A DNA stretch of 32,000 nt from Nostoc sp. PCC 7120 = FACHB-418 (GCF_000009705.1 NC_003272.1:1140001-1172000); one strand, 5' to 3'. Positions 1 to 12,760 are shown, counted from the stretch's first letter. The notes: generated from the sequence alone by a model not told the origin. Numbers and translations are program-made.

Positions 1-2579
1 CGTTCGATAGTTTCTAGGGCTTGTTCGACTTTTGTGGGGGATAGCTGCTTACTTCTGAGGATTCTTGACCAACCCAGAATGGGATTGAGAGGCGATCGCA
101 ATTCGTGGGACAGTACAGCAAGAAATTCGTCTTTGATGCGGTTGGCTGCTTCTGCCTTGGTGCGATCGCTTTGAGCTAACCGATACAAGTGGGCATTATC
201 AATTGCTAAGGAAGCACGGTAAGCCAATTCTTCTGCTAGCTGCATACTGCCTTGGTCATATTTATGACCAGATTCGGCGGAGATAAAGGAAATCACGCCG
301 AGAGTCCGTGTTTGGGTTCTCAGTGGTACTGTCATTGCAGATTTAAACCCAACTCGCCGCAAAATTTCTAAGTGTTCTGGGTCACGGGCTGATTGCACAA
401 GTAATTCATCAGAAATATCTATTAATAAATCTGATTGACCAGTTCGTAATGTTAATGCAGCGCCTCTGGGATCATTCAAGTTCAAAGGATATTTGCGTCG
501 GATTTCCTCTGCCCACTCCAGTTTAGCCGGGTCAACATGAGCCACCGCAATCTGCTCAATCAAACCATCTTCTGCCATCATGTGGACTGTACACCAATCA
601 GCTAACTCTGGCACTGCCAGTTGTGCCAAGCGTTCTAGGGTGGTTTGATAATCGAGAGAAGAAGCCAGAACTTTACTTGTTTCTGAAAGAAAGCGTTGAC
701 CACGCTCTAATCTTATTTGCTCTGTCACATCCAACACGTAAACTAAAACATCCTCTACTTGATGATTTGAGTTGGTTGTGGGCAGATAGTAGACATTATA
801 GTAACCAGGTTGGCGATCGCTGCGTCCGGGTACGTTGACAGCGAAACTAGGTGAGATGAAAGGCTCACCTGTAGTGTAAATGTCATGAAAGACTTGGACT
901 AATTGGGGATCTGATTGACCAAAGAGTTCGGCAATTGAACGCCCCAAGTGTTGTTCACGGGTCAGTCCGTTGATTTGAGCTAAGGCTTGATTAATGGCAA
1001 CATATCGCTGCTGGCTATCTAACAGGGCAATTCCTACCGGCGAGGTTTCAAAAATTGTTGCTAGTTGTCGTTGTGCGGCTTGTGCTACCGTCAACGCTAG
1101 TCGTAAGCGTTCTTCATTGTCTCGTAGCGCCTGCTCGATTTGTTTGTAATCGGTAACATCACGAGCAACATTTATTAAAGTTGTCGCATAACCATCACTA
1201 GCAAATTCTGGGACGATAAGGGATTGATACCAGCGAAGACCTGTTGGGGTGGGAAAACTAAATTCCACAACTTGTTTTTCACCTGTGTCAAAGGCTCGCT
1301 GTAGATTTTCACACCAAAAATTGCAGATTTCCTCCGGCATTCCCAATTCTGTATTAGTTTTCCCAATAAATTCCTCTGGTGGAATACCTGTAGCTGCTTC
1401 TACAGCAGGGCTGACATAAAGATGACGAAATTCTCTATCAATGCGGCTAATAATATCGGGGGCATTTTCCGCCACCATCTTGAATTCTTGCTCACGCTGT
1501 TGCAGTTCTGATTCTAAGTGTTTACGTTCAGTAACATCCTGAAAAACGATCGCAGCTGCAGCAATTTGTCCCTGACTATCTAAAATAGGCGCGGAGTTAA
1601 CGCTGATGAAAATATGGCTGTTATCTTCCCAGCGTAACAGCATTTCCTCCTGAGAAATCACTTCACCAGTCAAAAGCGATCGCGGCAGTGGATACTCATA
1701 AGGATCGTATGGCTGTCCATCACAGCGAAAGGCTGCAAAGGGAGTCACTGGTGCATATTCTTTTAGCTCTAATGAATCTTCAAATTGGTACCTCAGAATC
1801 TGTTTGGCTTGTTCATTAGTAAGAACTAACTTACCAGAAGCCGCATCAGCAATCATCACCCCAGCAGGCATTTGTCGCAAAACCGCTTCAAACCGAGCGC
1901 GTTCAGTTTCCAGTTCATGGAGTAACCTTTCTCTCTCCGCTTCAGCTTGTTTGCGTTCTGTGATATCGCGGAAATAAACCGCCACACCCTGAGAAAAAGG
2001 ATAAGCATTAGCCTCTAAGTAACATTGCACAGGCTCCCCAAATTCTTCCCAAGACACAGCAACTTGTTCTACTACCGCCCGGTGTAGTTCTTGGTAAGCC
2101 AAACCACCTACAAGTTCTGGAAAAACTTCATCCCAAACGTGTTTACCAATGAGTTCTGCTGGCGTTTTATGCAGAATTTTCACCGCCGCCTGATTCACAT
2201 AGGTGTAGTGCCAATTTTCATCAAAGGCAACAAAAGCATCGGTAATGCTTTCCAGAATCGTTGTTATTTGGCGCTCAGTTTCTGGAGATGTGATGAGTTG
2301 GAGTTGTTGATTGTTAGTGATGTCTTGATGAAAGACTGTAGCTAATATTAGTTGCTGTTCAGGATTTCCAGCATTTGTGCTAATTGCTTCATCCGCGAGA
2401 CTCTGCTCACTTCCCAAGTTACGGGCAAAATGTTCAATCAGTTCCGAACGAGAAATTCCCTGCTTGTGTGCTTCCTCATCAAGCGATCGCCATGCTGTAC
2501 TGGTAAGAGACACACTATATCTGTGTTTCGGTTCCGAATCCCAATTACTAACAAACTTACCTGTGGTGTCCCGTTTCAT
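1..2579 (-). CDS. Multi-sensor signal-transduction histidine kinase, N-terminal ~860 aa (RHH-like N-terminus, four PAS-like blocks, GAF, HisKA H-box). The 3' end lies beyond the left window edge.
   Basis: I translated the minus strand from the ATG at 2577-2579; an in-frame TGA sits three codons upstream. The frame stays open to the window edge, which explains its absence from the ORF track. It begins [58 protein letters not shown]-like blocks include [58 protein letters not shown] and [20 protein letters not shown]-like block reads [10 protein letters not shown]...[11 protein letters not shown]. The H-box is [21 protein letters not shown], with the His codon at 105-107. Confidence 0.85.
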   Translation of the reverse strand, partial: MKRDTTGKFVSNWDSEPKHRYSVSLTSTAWRSLDEEAHKQGISRSELIEHFARNLGSEQSLADEAISTNAGNPEQQLILATVFHQDITNNQQLQLITSPETERQITTILESITDAFVAFDENWHYTYVNQAAVKILHKTPAELIGKHVWDEVFPELVGGLAYQELHRAVVEQVAVSWEEFGEPVQCYLEANAYPFSQGVAVYFRDITERKQAEAERERLLHELETERARFEAVLRQMPAGVMIADAASGKLVLTNEQAKQILRYQFEDSLELKEYAPVTPFAAFRCDGQPYDPYEYPLPRSLLTGEVISQEEMLLRWEDNSHIFISVNSAPILDSQGQIAAAAIVFQDVTERKHLESELQQREQEFKMVAENAPDIISRIDREFRHLYVSPAVEAATGIPPEEFIGKTNTELGMPEEICNFWCENLQRAFDTGEKQVVEFSFPTPTGLRWYQSLIVPEFASDGYATTLINVARDVTDYKQIEQALRDNEERLRLALTVAQAAQRQLATIFETSPVGIALLDSQQRYVAINQALAQINGLTREQHLGRSIAELFGQSDPQLVQVFHDIYTTGEPFISPSFAVNVPGRSDRQPGYYNVYYLPTTNSNHQVEDVLVYVLDVTEQIRLERGQRFLSETSKVLASSLDYQTTLERLAQLAVPELADWCTVHMMAEDGLIEQIAVAHVDPAKLEWAEEIRRKYPLNLNDPRGAALTLRTGQSDLLIDISDELLVQSARDPEHLEILRRVGFKSAMTVPLRTQTRTLGVISFISAESGHKYDQGSMQLAEELAYRASLAIDNAHLYRLAQSDRTKAEAANRIKDEFLAVLSHELRSPLNPILGWSRILRSKQLSPTKVEQALETIE

Positions 2580-3077
2580 GCAGATTCACCCGTATACATA
2601 CACGGTTTCTTATATTCAACCTGACTTACTCCCTAATCAGGATCTTCCTTAAGACTGAGGTTTTGGCTACCAAAAAGTTTCAACTATATGGACTACTTTG
2701 GTGTTTCAGAAAAACTGATTCTACAGAATAGAATTTTTAAGAAACACTGAGAACTGTAAGGTAAAAATAAGTCTATTCCTTCTACATTTTGCGAACACAC
2801 AGCTATGCTAGTCATGGACTGGCATTTTGTACCTAAGGGTAAATCTTGCCTCTAGATATTTTGTCAAATATACCCTCTTTGCTGATTTCTGCATACGTCA
2901 ATAAGTTTATAAATTAAAGTAGATTTCTATAGATTTCTTTTTGGTATTTCCATTTAGAAATATGACTTTTGTCATAATTAAATCCATGACTTTTGTCAGA
3001 AGTATTTTTCTGGAATAACAGGTTTAATGACTTCAGTAAGCGAGTAATTGAACTTGAGTTTGATGTATTCGGAACAA

Positions 3078-3216
3078 CCCTTTCCCATAGCTTGCTTCTC
3101 TTACGAGACGCTACCGCGAACCCCGACGGGGGGAGAGGATTAAAAGCCTTATTGCTTAGTAGTAAGTTGTATATCTTAAGTCCCTTCCCTTGTCAGCAAG
3201 GGGTTAGGGCTAGGTT
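3078..3216. repeat. Short dispersed repeat (Nostoc SDR/MITE-like) with G/C hairpin modules
   Basis: The 22-nt string ccatagcttgcttctcttacga (3085-3106) recurs as an exact reverse complement at 21947-21968. The string gagacgctaccgcgaac resembles ggagacgctacgcgaac near 7300. The module tcccttcccttgtcagcaagggg resembles the hairpins at 25886-25908 and 26798-26820. Confidence 0.5.
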
Positions 3217-3519
3217 CCGTAGAATTTACGTTAATTGAAGTAAAAGCTATTGATCCTTAATCGCACTGTATCATGACTGCTCGGCAATGCCCACCCTAAA
3301 CATACTTGGATTTTTCTGAACAATCACAGACTAAGCCAATAAAAATCACACTGAATTCCTACATGGAATTAAAATCTACATTTTTATCTGAATCGCCGAA
3401 TATAGCTACTCATTCTGTGGTTACAAATAAATAGATTTGTGAACTTTTCATACTTTTACAAATTTTGTTAGTTATAACCCTTACTGTTTAATATTTTCTA
3501 TTTTCAACGAGGATAATAA

Positions 3520-3792
3520 ATGAGTTATTACAACTTCAACGAGCATTTCTGGTCATCAAAAACAGTTTGTCTGCAAAAACCAAGTCAAGTAAATACTTCT
3601 GAGAGTAAAGCAAGGACAAGTCCTTATATATTATGTATTGCTAGTATATCTATAACGTTAATATTTGCAGCTTTTTTTACGGGAAATAATAGGAATCAAA
3701 CAGGCGATATTATGAATATTAATCATAGTAATTGCTTAATGTTGACAAGAAACCAACAAATGCAACTTTACTGTTCTAATTCACAAAGATAA
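3520..3792 (+). CDS. Hypothetical small protein with one hydrophobic segment (PYILCIASISITLIFAAFF)
   Basis: A 90-aa ORF from the track, with ATG preceded by gaggataataa (SD-like). It is AT-rich and I recognise no family. It sits in a 1.5-kb otherwise non-coding gap. Confidence 0.25.
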   Translation: MSYYNFNEHFWSSKTVCLQKPSQVNTSESKARTSPYILCIASISITLIFAAFFTGNNRNQTGDIMNINHSNCLMLTRNQQMQLYCSNSQR

Positions 3793-3800
3793 GTATCTTA

Positions 3801-3917
3801 GGACTTACGCACCCAGGTTTCCTATTAAGGCTGGGTGTAGAGGTGTAAGGGTTTTAAACATTGACACCCCTATACCCTTCTCCAAACCCTTGATTTTTCG
3901 TTTTCATGCGTAAGCCT
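3801..3917. repeat. MITE-like dispersed repeat with imperfect terminal inverted repeats (ggacttacgca / tgcgtaagcc)
   Basis: The internal module ggtgtaagggttttaaacattgacacccctataccc is closely matched by gggtgtaaatgtttaaaatccttacacccctataccc at 11202-11238. That second copy ends with ctgggtacgtaagtcc, the reverse complement of the ggacttacg(c/t)acccag end. Confidence 0.45.
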
Positions 3918-4092
3918 TAGTAATATTTCTGCTGGCGGCGCACCCAATGACCAAGAATATCACGAACCATAACAGAACTTGCCAACAAGCAATCGTGGTA
4001 ATTGGTAATCAGTAATGGATAAAGGGTTTTCACCATTACCCATTACTGACAAGAGCAACCATATATCTTCGGTATTCCAGCCTCATACCAAC

Positions 4093-4755
4093 TTATGAGG
4101 AATATTGTTGTAGAATTGCCGTCAAAGAATTATGTTTACGCCAATCTAACAACTCAACTAAAGACTCTTTGCTGTCATCAAACGGACTTCTCTGTTCTGC
4201 TGGTAAAACTGTCAACAGAGGTTTTTTGGTAGCCTGCATGGAATTTATTGGTTGCAATGTTGGTCTGGGGACAAACATTGGTTGAGTTTTGAGAATTGGC
4301 TGTTGCTGCTGTTGGGTACGGGATGATGTCGATAAAGCTTGATGAGAAATAGCCTCTCGTTTCTGAATTTTAGGACGCTGTATTGGCTGGTTGAGTAAAC
4401 GGAAAATAATTAAGCAGCCACTAGCACAACTGAGGGCGATCGCTGCTACCATCCACAAAGGTAGAGGATTGCCATTTTCTGTGTCAGCAATGATTGGCTG
4501 CTCAATCACAGCCACTGGTTCTGCTTCTAAATGTTCCACATCACCCACATGGACTAGGCTATACAAGGCCATGCCAGCACTTCCCATCAGTGTTGTGAAG
4601 ATCCCAGCCAATAAAAGTAAGGGATGACGTGTCAGCAGATAGATAAAAATTTTGTAGCTACTAATTGCTACGGACTTACTACTTTTTAGCACTGCTGTAT
4701 GTCTTGTTTCCTGATTTAGCTCATGCTTTATGCTCTGATTGTTTTCCATGATCAC
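4093..4755 (-). CDS. Hypothetical membrane protein (two hydrophobic helices, Q/P-rich C-terminal half)
   Basis: A 220-aa ORF. TM-like segments are HPLLLLAGIFTTLMGSAGMALYSLV and LPLWMVAAIALSCASGCLIIF. It lies co-directionally downstream of ddl. I recognise no family. Confidence 0.6.
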   Translation of the reverse strand: MIMENNQSIKHELNQETRHTAVLKSSKSVAISSYKIFIYLLTRHPLLLLAGIFTTLMGSAGMALYSLVHVGDVEHLEAEPVAVIEQPIIADTENGNPLPLWMVAAIALSCASGCLIIFRLLNQPIQRPKIQKREAISHQALSTSSRTQQQQQPILKTQPMFVPRPTLQPINSMQATKKPLLTVLPAEQRSPFDDSKESLVELLDWRKHNSLTAILQQYSS

Positions 4756-4879
4756 TTTCAGATTGTTTCCCCTCTAGTTCACGATTGTACTAAAAGGGAG
4801 AGCCATCAGGTATCCGTAGCCGATTTAGCTATTTTAGTAGTCTTTTTGTGCCATTTAGGCTACAAAATTTATTTTTCTG

Positions 4880-4914
4880 TTGACGGTTGACGGTTGACCA
4901 ATGACTAATGACTA
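4880..4914. repeat. STRR-type heptamer tandem repeat (ttgacgg x2, ttgacca, atgacta x2)
   Basis: The 7-bp periodicity is directly visible. The repeat overlaps the last codons and stop of ddl. Related heptamers occur at 6160-6190 and 10379-10400 (tgaccgt x2). Confidence 0.85.
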
Positions 4915-6008
4915 GGATTATGTCTTTCTATAGCCAGTTGAACTAACTTATCCACCAATTCTGGAAAGGGGATGCCACTATGGGCCCAGAGTTGGGGATA
5001 CATACTGGTAGCGGTGAAACCTGGTAGGGTGTTGATCTCATTAATCAACACTTCTCCTGTAGCTTCCACGTAGAAAAAGTCTACTCTGGCTAACCCGGCA
5101 GCGTCAACAGCTGCGAAGGCTTGTAAAGCCATGTTTTGAATTTGACGGCTGATGTCATCGGGAATAATGGCAGGAATCAGTAAATCTGCTTTACCTGCCG
5201 TATATTTGGTTTCGTAATCATAAAAGTCACTATTAAAGGTAATTTCGCCGACTGTGGAAGCTTGGGGTTGGTCGTTACCTAAAACAGCACATTCTACTTC
5301 CCTGGCTGCTACTCCAGCTTCGATAATAATTCGGCGGTCATAATTAGCGGCATTATCTAAAGCATCTTCTAATTCTTGGCGCGATCGCACTTTAGAAATT
5401 CCTACAGAAGAACCAAGGTTAGCTGGTTTGACAAAACAGGGATAACCTAAACTCGCCTCAATTTCATCGCATAATTTGGGAAATACGCAAGGATTTGACC
5501 AAATTTGCGCTCTGGTGACAGCCTTATATTTTACTTGGGGTAGTCCAGCTTGCTCAAAAGCCATCTTCATGGCTATCTTATCCATCCCCAGTGCTGAACC
5601 CAAAACGCCAGAACCGACGAAAGGAGTTTGCATTAAGGTGAGTAACCCCTGAATTGTCCCATCTTCACCATTAGGCCCGTGGAGAATGGGAAACCACACA
5701 TCTACTTCCGCAACTTGGGAAGGTGATTGCCAACGTTCGAGGGTTTGTTGTTGGGAGTTTACGAGATTATTTTCTGCTGGTGAGGAGTTTGATGATTCTA
5801 ATAGAGGCGCACCCGATTTCAAAACCTGTTGTGGGGCTTCTCCTGCTAGCCAACGCCCATCCTTGTGGATATAAAACGGCAATATTTCATACTTACTAGC
5901 ATTTTCTCCTGCACTTAGGGCTGAAGCGATCGCCCGTGCGGAACTTATAGAAACTTCATGTTCTCCAGAACGACCGCCAAATAACAATCCCACCCTCAAT
6001 TTACTCAT
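4905..6008 (-). CDS. ddl: D-alanine--D-alanine ligase
   Basis: 367 aa. The N-terminus [24 protein letters not shown] and ATP-grasp motifs ([29 protein letters not shown]) are classic Ddl. Confidence 0.95.
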   Translation of the reverse strand: MSKLRVGLLFGGRSGEHEVSISSARAIASALSAGENASKYEILPFYIHKDGRWLAGEAPQQVLKSGAPLLESSNSSPAENNLVNSQQQTLERWQSPSQVAEVDVWFPILHGPNGEDGTIQGLLTLMQTPFVGSGVLGSALGMDKIAMKMAFEQAGLPQVKYKAVTRAQIWSNPCVFPKLCDEIEASLGYPCFVKPANLGSSVGISKVRSRQELEDALDNAANYDRRIIIEAGVAAREVECAVLGNDQPQASTVGEITFNSDFYDYETKYTAGKADLLIPAIIPDDISRQIQNMALQAFAAVDAAGLARVDFFYVEATGEVLINEINTLPGFTATSMYPQLWAHSGIPFPELVDKLVQLAIERHNPSH

Positions 6009-6250
6009 CTTCTGTACCTTTACACTCCCGACGCTGATAGCGTATCACAACCTGTTCAAGTTGCTGTAATTTTGTCAGTTGTTAGTGGTTCGTGGTCAGT
6101 GGCAAAAAATGTTTTAGGATCGTTCACAACAAAGCTTTGAAACTAAGGGACGACGCTGATGACTGATGAATGTTGACTGTTGACTACTAGTACACCTCGG
6201 CGTAAATAAGCAGACCGTTCTAAACTAGCGAAACGCTTACGCTGTATTCA

Positions 6251-6273
6251 TTTTGAATTTTGAATTTTGAATT
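6251..6273. repeat. Heptamer tandem repeat ttttgaa x3
   Basis: The identical ttttgaa x3 array recurs at 15362-15382, immediately upstream of the purE ATG. Confidence 0.85.
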
Positions 6274-6325
6274 CCGCCTTGCGGTACTAGTACCTTTTTA
6301 ATTCTCAGTTTGTTAATATGCCTGA

Positions 6326-7174
6326 ATGTCACAAAAGCAACATCCCCAAAACACAAAACTTGGATGGTCTCTAGAAGAGCGAGATCCAGAGTTTATTAAA
6401 TCTGTTATGCCCCTCTTGGGCTTTTTCTACCATTATTATTTTCGCGTGCAAACTAGTGGCTGGCATCACATCCCACCACAGGGAAAAGTCTTAATTGTCG
6501 GTTCCCACAATGGTGGACTGGCAGCCCCTGATATGTTGATGATGATGTATGACTGGTTTCGCCGATTTGGAGCAGAGCGACCAAGCTATGGTCTGATGCA
6601 CCCCAGCGTTTGGCAAGTTACCCCAGCATTAGCGCAGGTAGTAGCGAAAACGGGAGCTGTTATTGCTCATCCCAAAATGGCTTACACAGCTTTGCGCTCT
6701 GGAGCTAGTTTATTAGTGTATCCAGGAGGAGCAGAAGATGTTTTCCGACCCCATTCTTTACGTAATAAAATCTATTTTGCGGGAAGACAAGGATTTATCA
6801 AGTTAGCACTTAGAGAAAACGTCCCCATTATTCCAGCAATTTCCTGTGGCGCTCACGATACATTGATTGTGCTGGCTGATATATATAACCTTGTCAAGCA
6901 GCTACATGATAGGGGAATGCCTTGGTTATTTGGTGTTGACCCGGTCGTATTTCCCATTTATCTCGGCTGGCCTTGGGGATTATCTATTGGCCCACTACCT
7001 AATATTCCTTTTCCTGTATCCATACACACGCGGGTTTGCCCGCCGATTGTATTTGAACGTTATGGAAGAGAAGCCGCAAGCGATCGCCAATATGTCGATG
7101 AATGCTACAACTTGGTTGTGAGTAAGATGCAGCAAGAGTTAGACGAGCTAGTATTATTCAGCCAAAAGCAATAA
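6326..7174 (+). CDS. Acyltransferase (PlsC / lysophospholipid-acyltransferase-like superfamily)
   Basis: 282 aa. VLIVGSHNGGLAAPD and LLVYPGGAEDVF resemble acyltransferase blocks I and III. Substrate is unknown. Confidence 0.6.
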   Translation: MSQKQHPQNTKLGWSLEERDPEFIKSVMPLLGFFYHYYFRVQTSGWHHIPPQGKVLIVGSHNGGLAAPDMLMMMYDWFRRFGAERPSYGLMHPSVWQVTPALAQVVAKTGAVIAHPKMAYTALRSGASLLVYPGGAEDVFRPHSLRNKIYFAGRQGFIKLALRENVPIIPAISCGAHDTLIVLADIYNLVKQLHDRGMPWLFGVDPVVFPIYLGWPWGLSIGPLPNIPFPVSIHTRVCPPIVFERYGREAASDRQYVDECYNLVVSKMQQELDELVLFSQKQ

Positions 7175-7364
7175 AGTCGGGGATGATTACTTAAGCAATT
7201 GCATTAAAGCAAAGGAACGCGGAGGACATCGCAGAAGAACACAAAGTTTTCTCCCCGCTCCTCTCTCTTGAAAAGTTTCCTACAGAGGGAAACCCTCCTT
7301 CTCCTGACGGAGACGCTACGCGAACAGAACTTTTCGCTGCGTTTACCTCAGCGCCCCTCTGCGT

Positions 7365-8838
<1,474 letters not shown>

Positions 8839-8973
8839 GATGTAGTTTACCACCTTGTTTATGACTGGGGGCAATGGGGTTAACAATTTATGAGGATGTG
8901 AAATGATTAGGGTGTGTGGGTGGCAATGTCGGTATTAAACTTTGCATAGAACTCTTCACTAATGTCATACGAA

Positions 8974-10056
8974 TTAACTCAAAACTCCCACCTGTTTCCA
9001 AGCATTCTGTACGGCTTGATGTTCTAGGCTACCGTCGCCATAGAGTTCGCTAGCAACTTGGATAGTGACATCAGCAGCCTTGATAAAATCAGCTTTAGCA
9101 CGTAAGCGATCGCGCAAAGCAATATACCAGATTTTACCAGCTTTCTCCCAAGCATAACCACCAATCTCTACTGCTGCTAGATAAAAAGCACGATTGGGAA
9201 TCCCTGAATTGATATGTACTCCACCATTATCTGCCCAGCCTGTATATTGGTCTTTTACATGACCTGGTTGGGGATCTTTTCCTAGAATGGGGTCATCATA
9301 GGCTGTCCCCGGTTCTTTCATGGAACGGACACCAACACCTTTGACTTTGGGCATTAATAAAGCATCACCAATCAGCCAATCAGCTTCTTCAGCCTTCTGA
9401 TTGTTTACCCTTTGTTTTACCAAAGCACCAAACACATCAGAAAAAGATTCATTCAAAGCCCCTGGTTCGCCGTAATATATCAATCCTGCCTCGTATTGAG
9501 TTATACCATGAGTTAGTTCATGGGCAATAACATCAATTGACTTGGTAAAGCGATCAAATAATTCACCATCACCATCACCATAAACCATCTGATCGCCATT
9601 CCAAAAGGCGTTTTCGTATTTAATACCAAAATGGATTGTAGAATCTAAACGTAGTCCTTTGTCATCGATGGAATTGCGTTCAAATATTTCGTAGAACAGG
9701 TCATAAGTAGCTCCAGCCCCATCATAAGCTTCATTTACTGCCACATCGCTGCTAGGGGGATCACCTTCAACACGTACTATTTTTCCTGGCAATTGTTCAC
9801 TGTTTTGAGCATCGTAAATAGTACGACTTTTCTCACCAGGAGAAGGAGATAAAAAGAGGTTGCCAATGATGTTTCTTCGTCCACGCAATTGGGCTGAAAC
9901 ATTTAATGTTTGAAAAGCCCAATTTCTTTGCAGTGGTGTACCATTCAGGGCAACATTTTCTAATATATGTGGTGGAATGACACAGCAAATAGGACATCTA
10001 GTATTGAGTGTATGATCACATTTCAATCTAGATGATTTATTCTTATTTCTAGCCAT
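8974..10056 (-). CDS. M4 (thermolysin-family) zinc metallopeptidase, protealysin-like with a short propeptide
   Basis: 360 aa. It has the HELTHG zinc motif, the downstream GALNESFSDVFG (third ligand Glu), and an N-terminal CCVIPPHILENV motif typical of protealysin-like propeptides. No signal peptide is visible. Confidence 0.9.
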   Translation of the reverse strand: MARNKNKSSRLKCDHTLNTRCPICCVIPPHILENVALNGTPLQRNWAFQTLNVSAQLRGRRNIIGNLFLSPSPGEKSRTIYDAQNSEQLPGKIVRVEGDPPSSDVAVNEAYDGAGATYDLFYEIFERNSIDDKGLRLDSTIHFGIKYENAFWNGDQMVYGDGDGELFDRFTKSIDVIAHELTHGITQYEAGLIYYGEPGALNESFSDVFGALVKQRVNNQKAEEADWLIGDALLMPKVKGVGVRSMKEPGTAYDDPILGKDPQPGHVKDQYTGWADNGGVHINSGIPNRAFYLAAVEIGGYAWEKAGKIWYIALRDRLRAKADFIKAADVTIQVASELYGDGSLEHQAVQNAWKQVGVLS

Positions 10057-10470
10057 CTAATCTATTCTCCTGAAAGAATTCAGCATTAAAAAAGGAGAGG
10101 AAATAAGGTAGATGGCAATTCCCTGGTTAATAGTTTGATGAACCGTTTCTAATCTTTATTTTCCAATATCTTGATAAAAAGTAAACAGTACCTCTAAAGA
10201 GCGATCGCAGATACAATATTATGTGGAAATACATATATTTTGAGTTTCTTAATAGTTAATAAACTCAGAAATAAAGCATATTATGTATTCACACCAGATA
10301 TTTTTTAGGCATGGCAAAGCTTAGAGTTCATCCACTATAGAAATAAGGCATGATTTACCACGCAATAATGATATGGCTGTTGACCGTTGACCGTTGACAG
10401 ATTTAGTAAAAACTAAGTATATATACTTCATTAATGCCAATTAGGGACTTCTCCAAAAACCTCTAATAAT

Positions 10471-10926
10471 TTAGGTATTTTTCATTGCCAAAATCTTCTG
10501 TGCTACGGAGTCGGAAACAGGCATCACCGATAATCTGTTTCCTTGTTTTACAACCATCAACTCCTCTGAACTAAACTTCTCTTTGAGAATTGTTAATGAG
10601 ATGGAATCAGAAAAATTTTCTACAAATTCTACTAATACTGTTTGCCAACGTGGGGTTTCTGGAGTTGATTTTGGGTCGTAGTATTCACTGCTGGAGTCAA
10701 ACTGAGTAGGATCGGCAACATCTGTTTTGACCACACGCATTAACCCAACAATACCCGGAGGATTGGTATTAGAATGGTAGAAAAAAACTAAGTCTCCTGG
10801 TTGCATTTGTCGCATAAAATTGCGAGCTTGATAATTACGGACACCATCCCAAATAGTCTGATTATCTTTTTGTAGATGAGTAATGCCATAAACTTCTGGC
10901 TCTGATTTCATTAACCAATAATTCAT
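10471..10926 (-). CDS. EVE (PUA-like) domain protein
   Basis: 151 aa. MNYWLMKSEPEVY...WDGVRNYQARNFMRQMQPGDLVFFYHS is the canonical EVE-domain N-terminus. Confidence 0.85.
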   Translation of the reverse strand: MNYWLMKSEPEVYGITHLQKDNQTIWDGVRNYQARNFMRQMQPGDLVFFYHSNTNPPGIVGLMRVVKTDVADPTQFDSSSEYYDPKSTPETPRWQTVLVEFVENFSDSISLTILKEKFSSEELMVVKQGNRLSVMPVSDSVAQKILAMKNT

Positions 10927-11300
10927 CGAGTTAATATTTTTAGAATAAATTGTATATATAGCTGTATGACGGTTGTCTGTTGACAGAATTAAAGTCCTTT
11001 TATTGTCAGGATTTTGTCTTAGCTTGATGTCCTAATCTATCTGGACACGGCTATATCAGAAATAACAGTAGAATGAGCAAGTATAGATATGCGTTAAAGT
11101 GCAACTCTCAACTTTATTGTGCAGTGCGTGTCAGTTGTTATCTGAATATTTTGTCTGAGCGATATTTTTTGTAGCCAGGCAAAATTGAAGGGTTCAAAGA
11201 AGGGTGTAAATGTTTAAAATCCTTACACCCCTATACCCCTATACCCTTATAACCAGTCTCAACAGACAATCTGGGTACGTAAGTCCTACCTTATTAAGGT

Positions 11301-12509
11301 CTAAAATACTGCTGCTGTTGCTTTCAACGCAAAAATTTTCTCAATCACATCTTCCACTACTTTATCTGGTGTAGAAGCTCCCGAAGTAACACCCACAACA
11401 ATTTTTCCTGCGGGTAACCAGTTTTCTGTTGTTACTAATTCTCCATTTAATTGCCGATGTTCGATGGAATTTATCGATTTAATTCGCTCCACCACATCGA
11501 TGTGATAAGAAGGCAGTCCACGTTCTTGAGATATTTGTTGCAATTGGGTGGTGTTAGATGAATTAAAACCGCCAATGACAATCATTAAATCTAAATTTTC
11601 TTGTACTAATTCCAGCATTGCATCTTGACGTTCTTGGGTAGCGTCACAGATGGTATTAAAACTTTGAAAATGTTGATTTAATTCTACAGGCCCATACTTT
11701 TGTAACATGGTATGCTCAAACAGCTTACCAATTTGCTCAGTTTCGCCTTTAAGCATGGTTGTTTGGTTAGCAATACCGACTCGTTCTAAATCTCTATCAG
11801 GGTCAAATCCTGCGGAACAAGCTTTGGCAAATTTTTGTAAGAATTCCTCTCGATTGCCACCATGAAGAATGTAGTCAGCGACATATTGAGCTTCTTTTAA
11901 ATTTAAGACGATTAAATATTTGCCAGCAAAAGAACTAGTAGCAATAGTCTCTTCGTGCTTGTATTTGCCATGAATGATTGAGGTGTGATCGCCTTTTTTG
12001 TGCTTTTCTACCGTATTCCAAACTTTTGACACCCAAGGGCAAGTAGTGTCAACAATTTTGCAACCTTTCTCGCTGAGTAGCTGCATCTCTTGAACACTAG
12101 CGCCAAAAGCAGGGAGGATGACCACATCATTATTGCCTACAACAGAAAAGTCTTTGTTACCAGCCTCAACAGGGATAAATCCTACCTGCATCTCCTGCAT
12201 TCGTTGATTTACAGAGGGATTGTGAATAATTTCATTGGTAATCCAAATACGTTCTGTGGGGAAATGCTTGCGAGTTTCGTAAGCCATAGCTACAGCACGT
12301 TCCACACCCCAGCAAAAACCAAAAGCTTGGGCTAGTCGGATAGTGACATCGCCTCTTTGCAGAGTGTAATTGCGATCGCGTATTTCCTGAATTAAGCTAC
12401 TCTGATACTCAGACTGCAATTGGGTAGCTACTTCCGCCTGATGACCGAAACCCTTACGGTTGTAATTTTCAGAATGTTGTAGTGTACGCTTAAAAGTTTT
12501 TGTATCCAT
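11301..12509 (-). CDS. ispH: 4-hydroxy-3-methylbut-2-enyl diphosphate reductase (IspH/LytB)
   Basis: Cyanobacterial IspH signature: [44 protein letters not shown]. The track start at 12650 is a GTG extension. The ATG at 12507-12509 fits the conserved N-terminus. Confidence 0.92.
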   Translation of the reverse strand: MDTKTFKRTLQHSENYNRKGFGHQAEVATQLQSEYQSSLIQEIRDRNYTLQRGDVTIRLAQAFGFCWGVERAVAMAYETRKHFPTERIWITNEIIHNPSVNQRMQEMQVGFIPVEAGNKDFSVVGNNDVVILPAFGASVQEMQLLSEKGCKIVDTTCPWVSKVWNTVEKHKKGDHTSIIHGKYKHEETIATSSFAGKYLIVLNLKEAQYVADYILHGGNREEFLQKFAKACSAGFDPDRDLERVGIANQTTMLKGETEQIGKLFEHTMLQKYGPVELNQHFQSFNTICDATQERQDAMLELVQENLDLMIVIGGFNSSNTTQLQQISQERGLPSYHIDVVERIKSINSIEHRQLNGELVTTENWLPAGKIVVGVTSGASTPDKVVEDVIEKIFALKATAAVF

Positions 12510-12760
12510 TGTTGTTGTATTTTTTAATATCTTCTCTTTCTGATTCTCTCGCGCCAAGAGGCCTTTTAGTTGAAGAGATCCTGAGGTTAACCATAAAAAA
12601 TTATAAAAGAAGGCAGGAAGAAGGGACTCAACTCCTGAGATATGTGACACCTAATTGACATCAGGTAACGATACACGCTACATCATGAGTCAAACATGAA
12701 AATTTCAAAGATGAAAAATTTCTTGAATTACCGACTTCATCAGTATGTGGAGGGGGGGAA

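Noticed and set aside
2091-2652. Plus-strand ORFs of 84-91 aa (2091-2345, 2352-2624, 2377-2652), and the ORFs at 623-838 and 1175-1366
   Set aside because: All lie inside, or antisense to, the well-supported PAS/GAF histidine-kinase frame and have implausible compositions.
2993-3238. 81-aa ORF in the large gap
   Set aside because: It runs straight through the dispersed-repeat element 3078-3216. Such repeat-derived ORFs are common annotation artefacts in Nostoc genomes.
6283-6294. Perfect 12-bp palindrome GGTACTAGTACC as a possible cyanobacterial LexA box
   Set aside because: It does not fit RGTAC-N3-DGTWCB (the second half is TACC, not GTWC). ACTAGTAC also occurs at 6186-6193 within STRR-like sequence, so it is probably repeat-derived.
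12510-12650. Upstream extensions of ORF-track starts (ispH GTG 12650, thiC TTG 8753, sbtB-like 13680, Mn-catalase TTG 29380, hypothetical GTG 28959)
   Set aside because: The downstream ATGs match the conserved family N-termini and/or have better SD spacing. The extensions use rare start codons or overlap the upstream gene.
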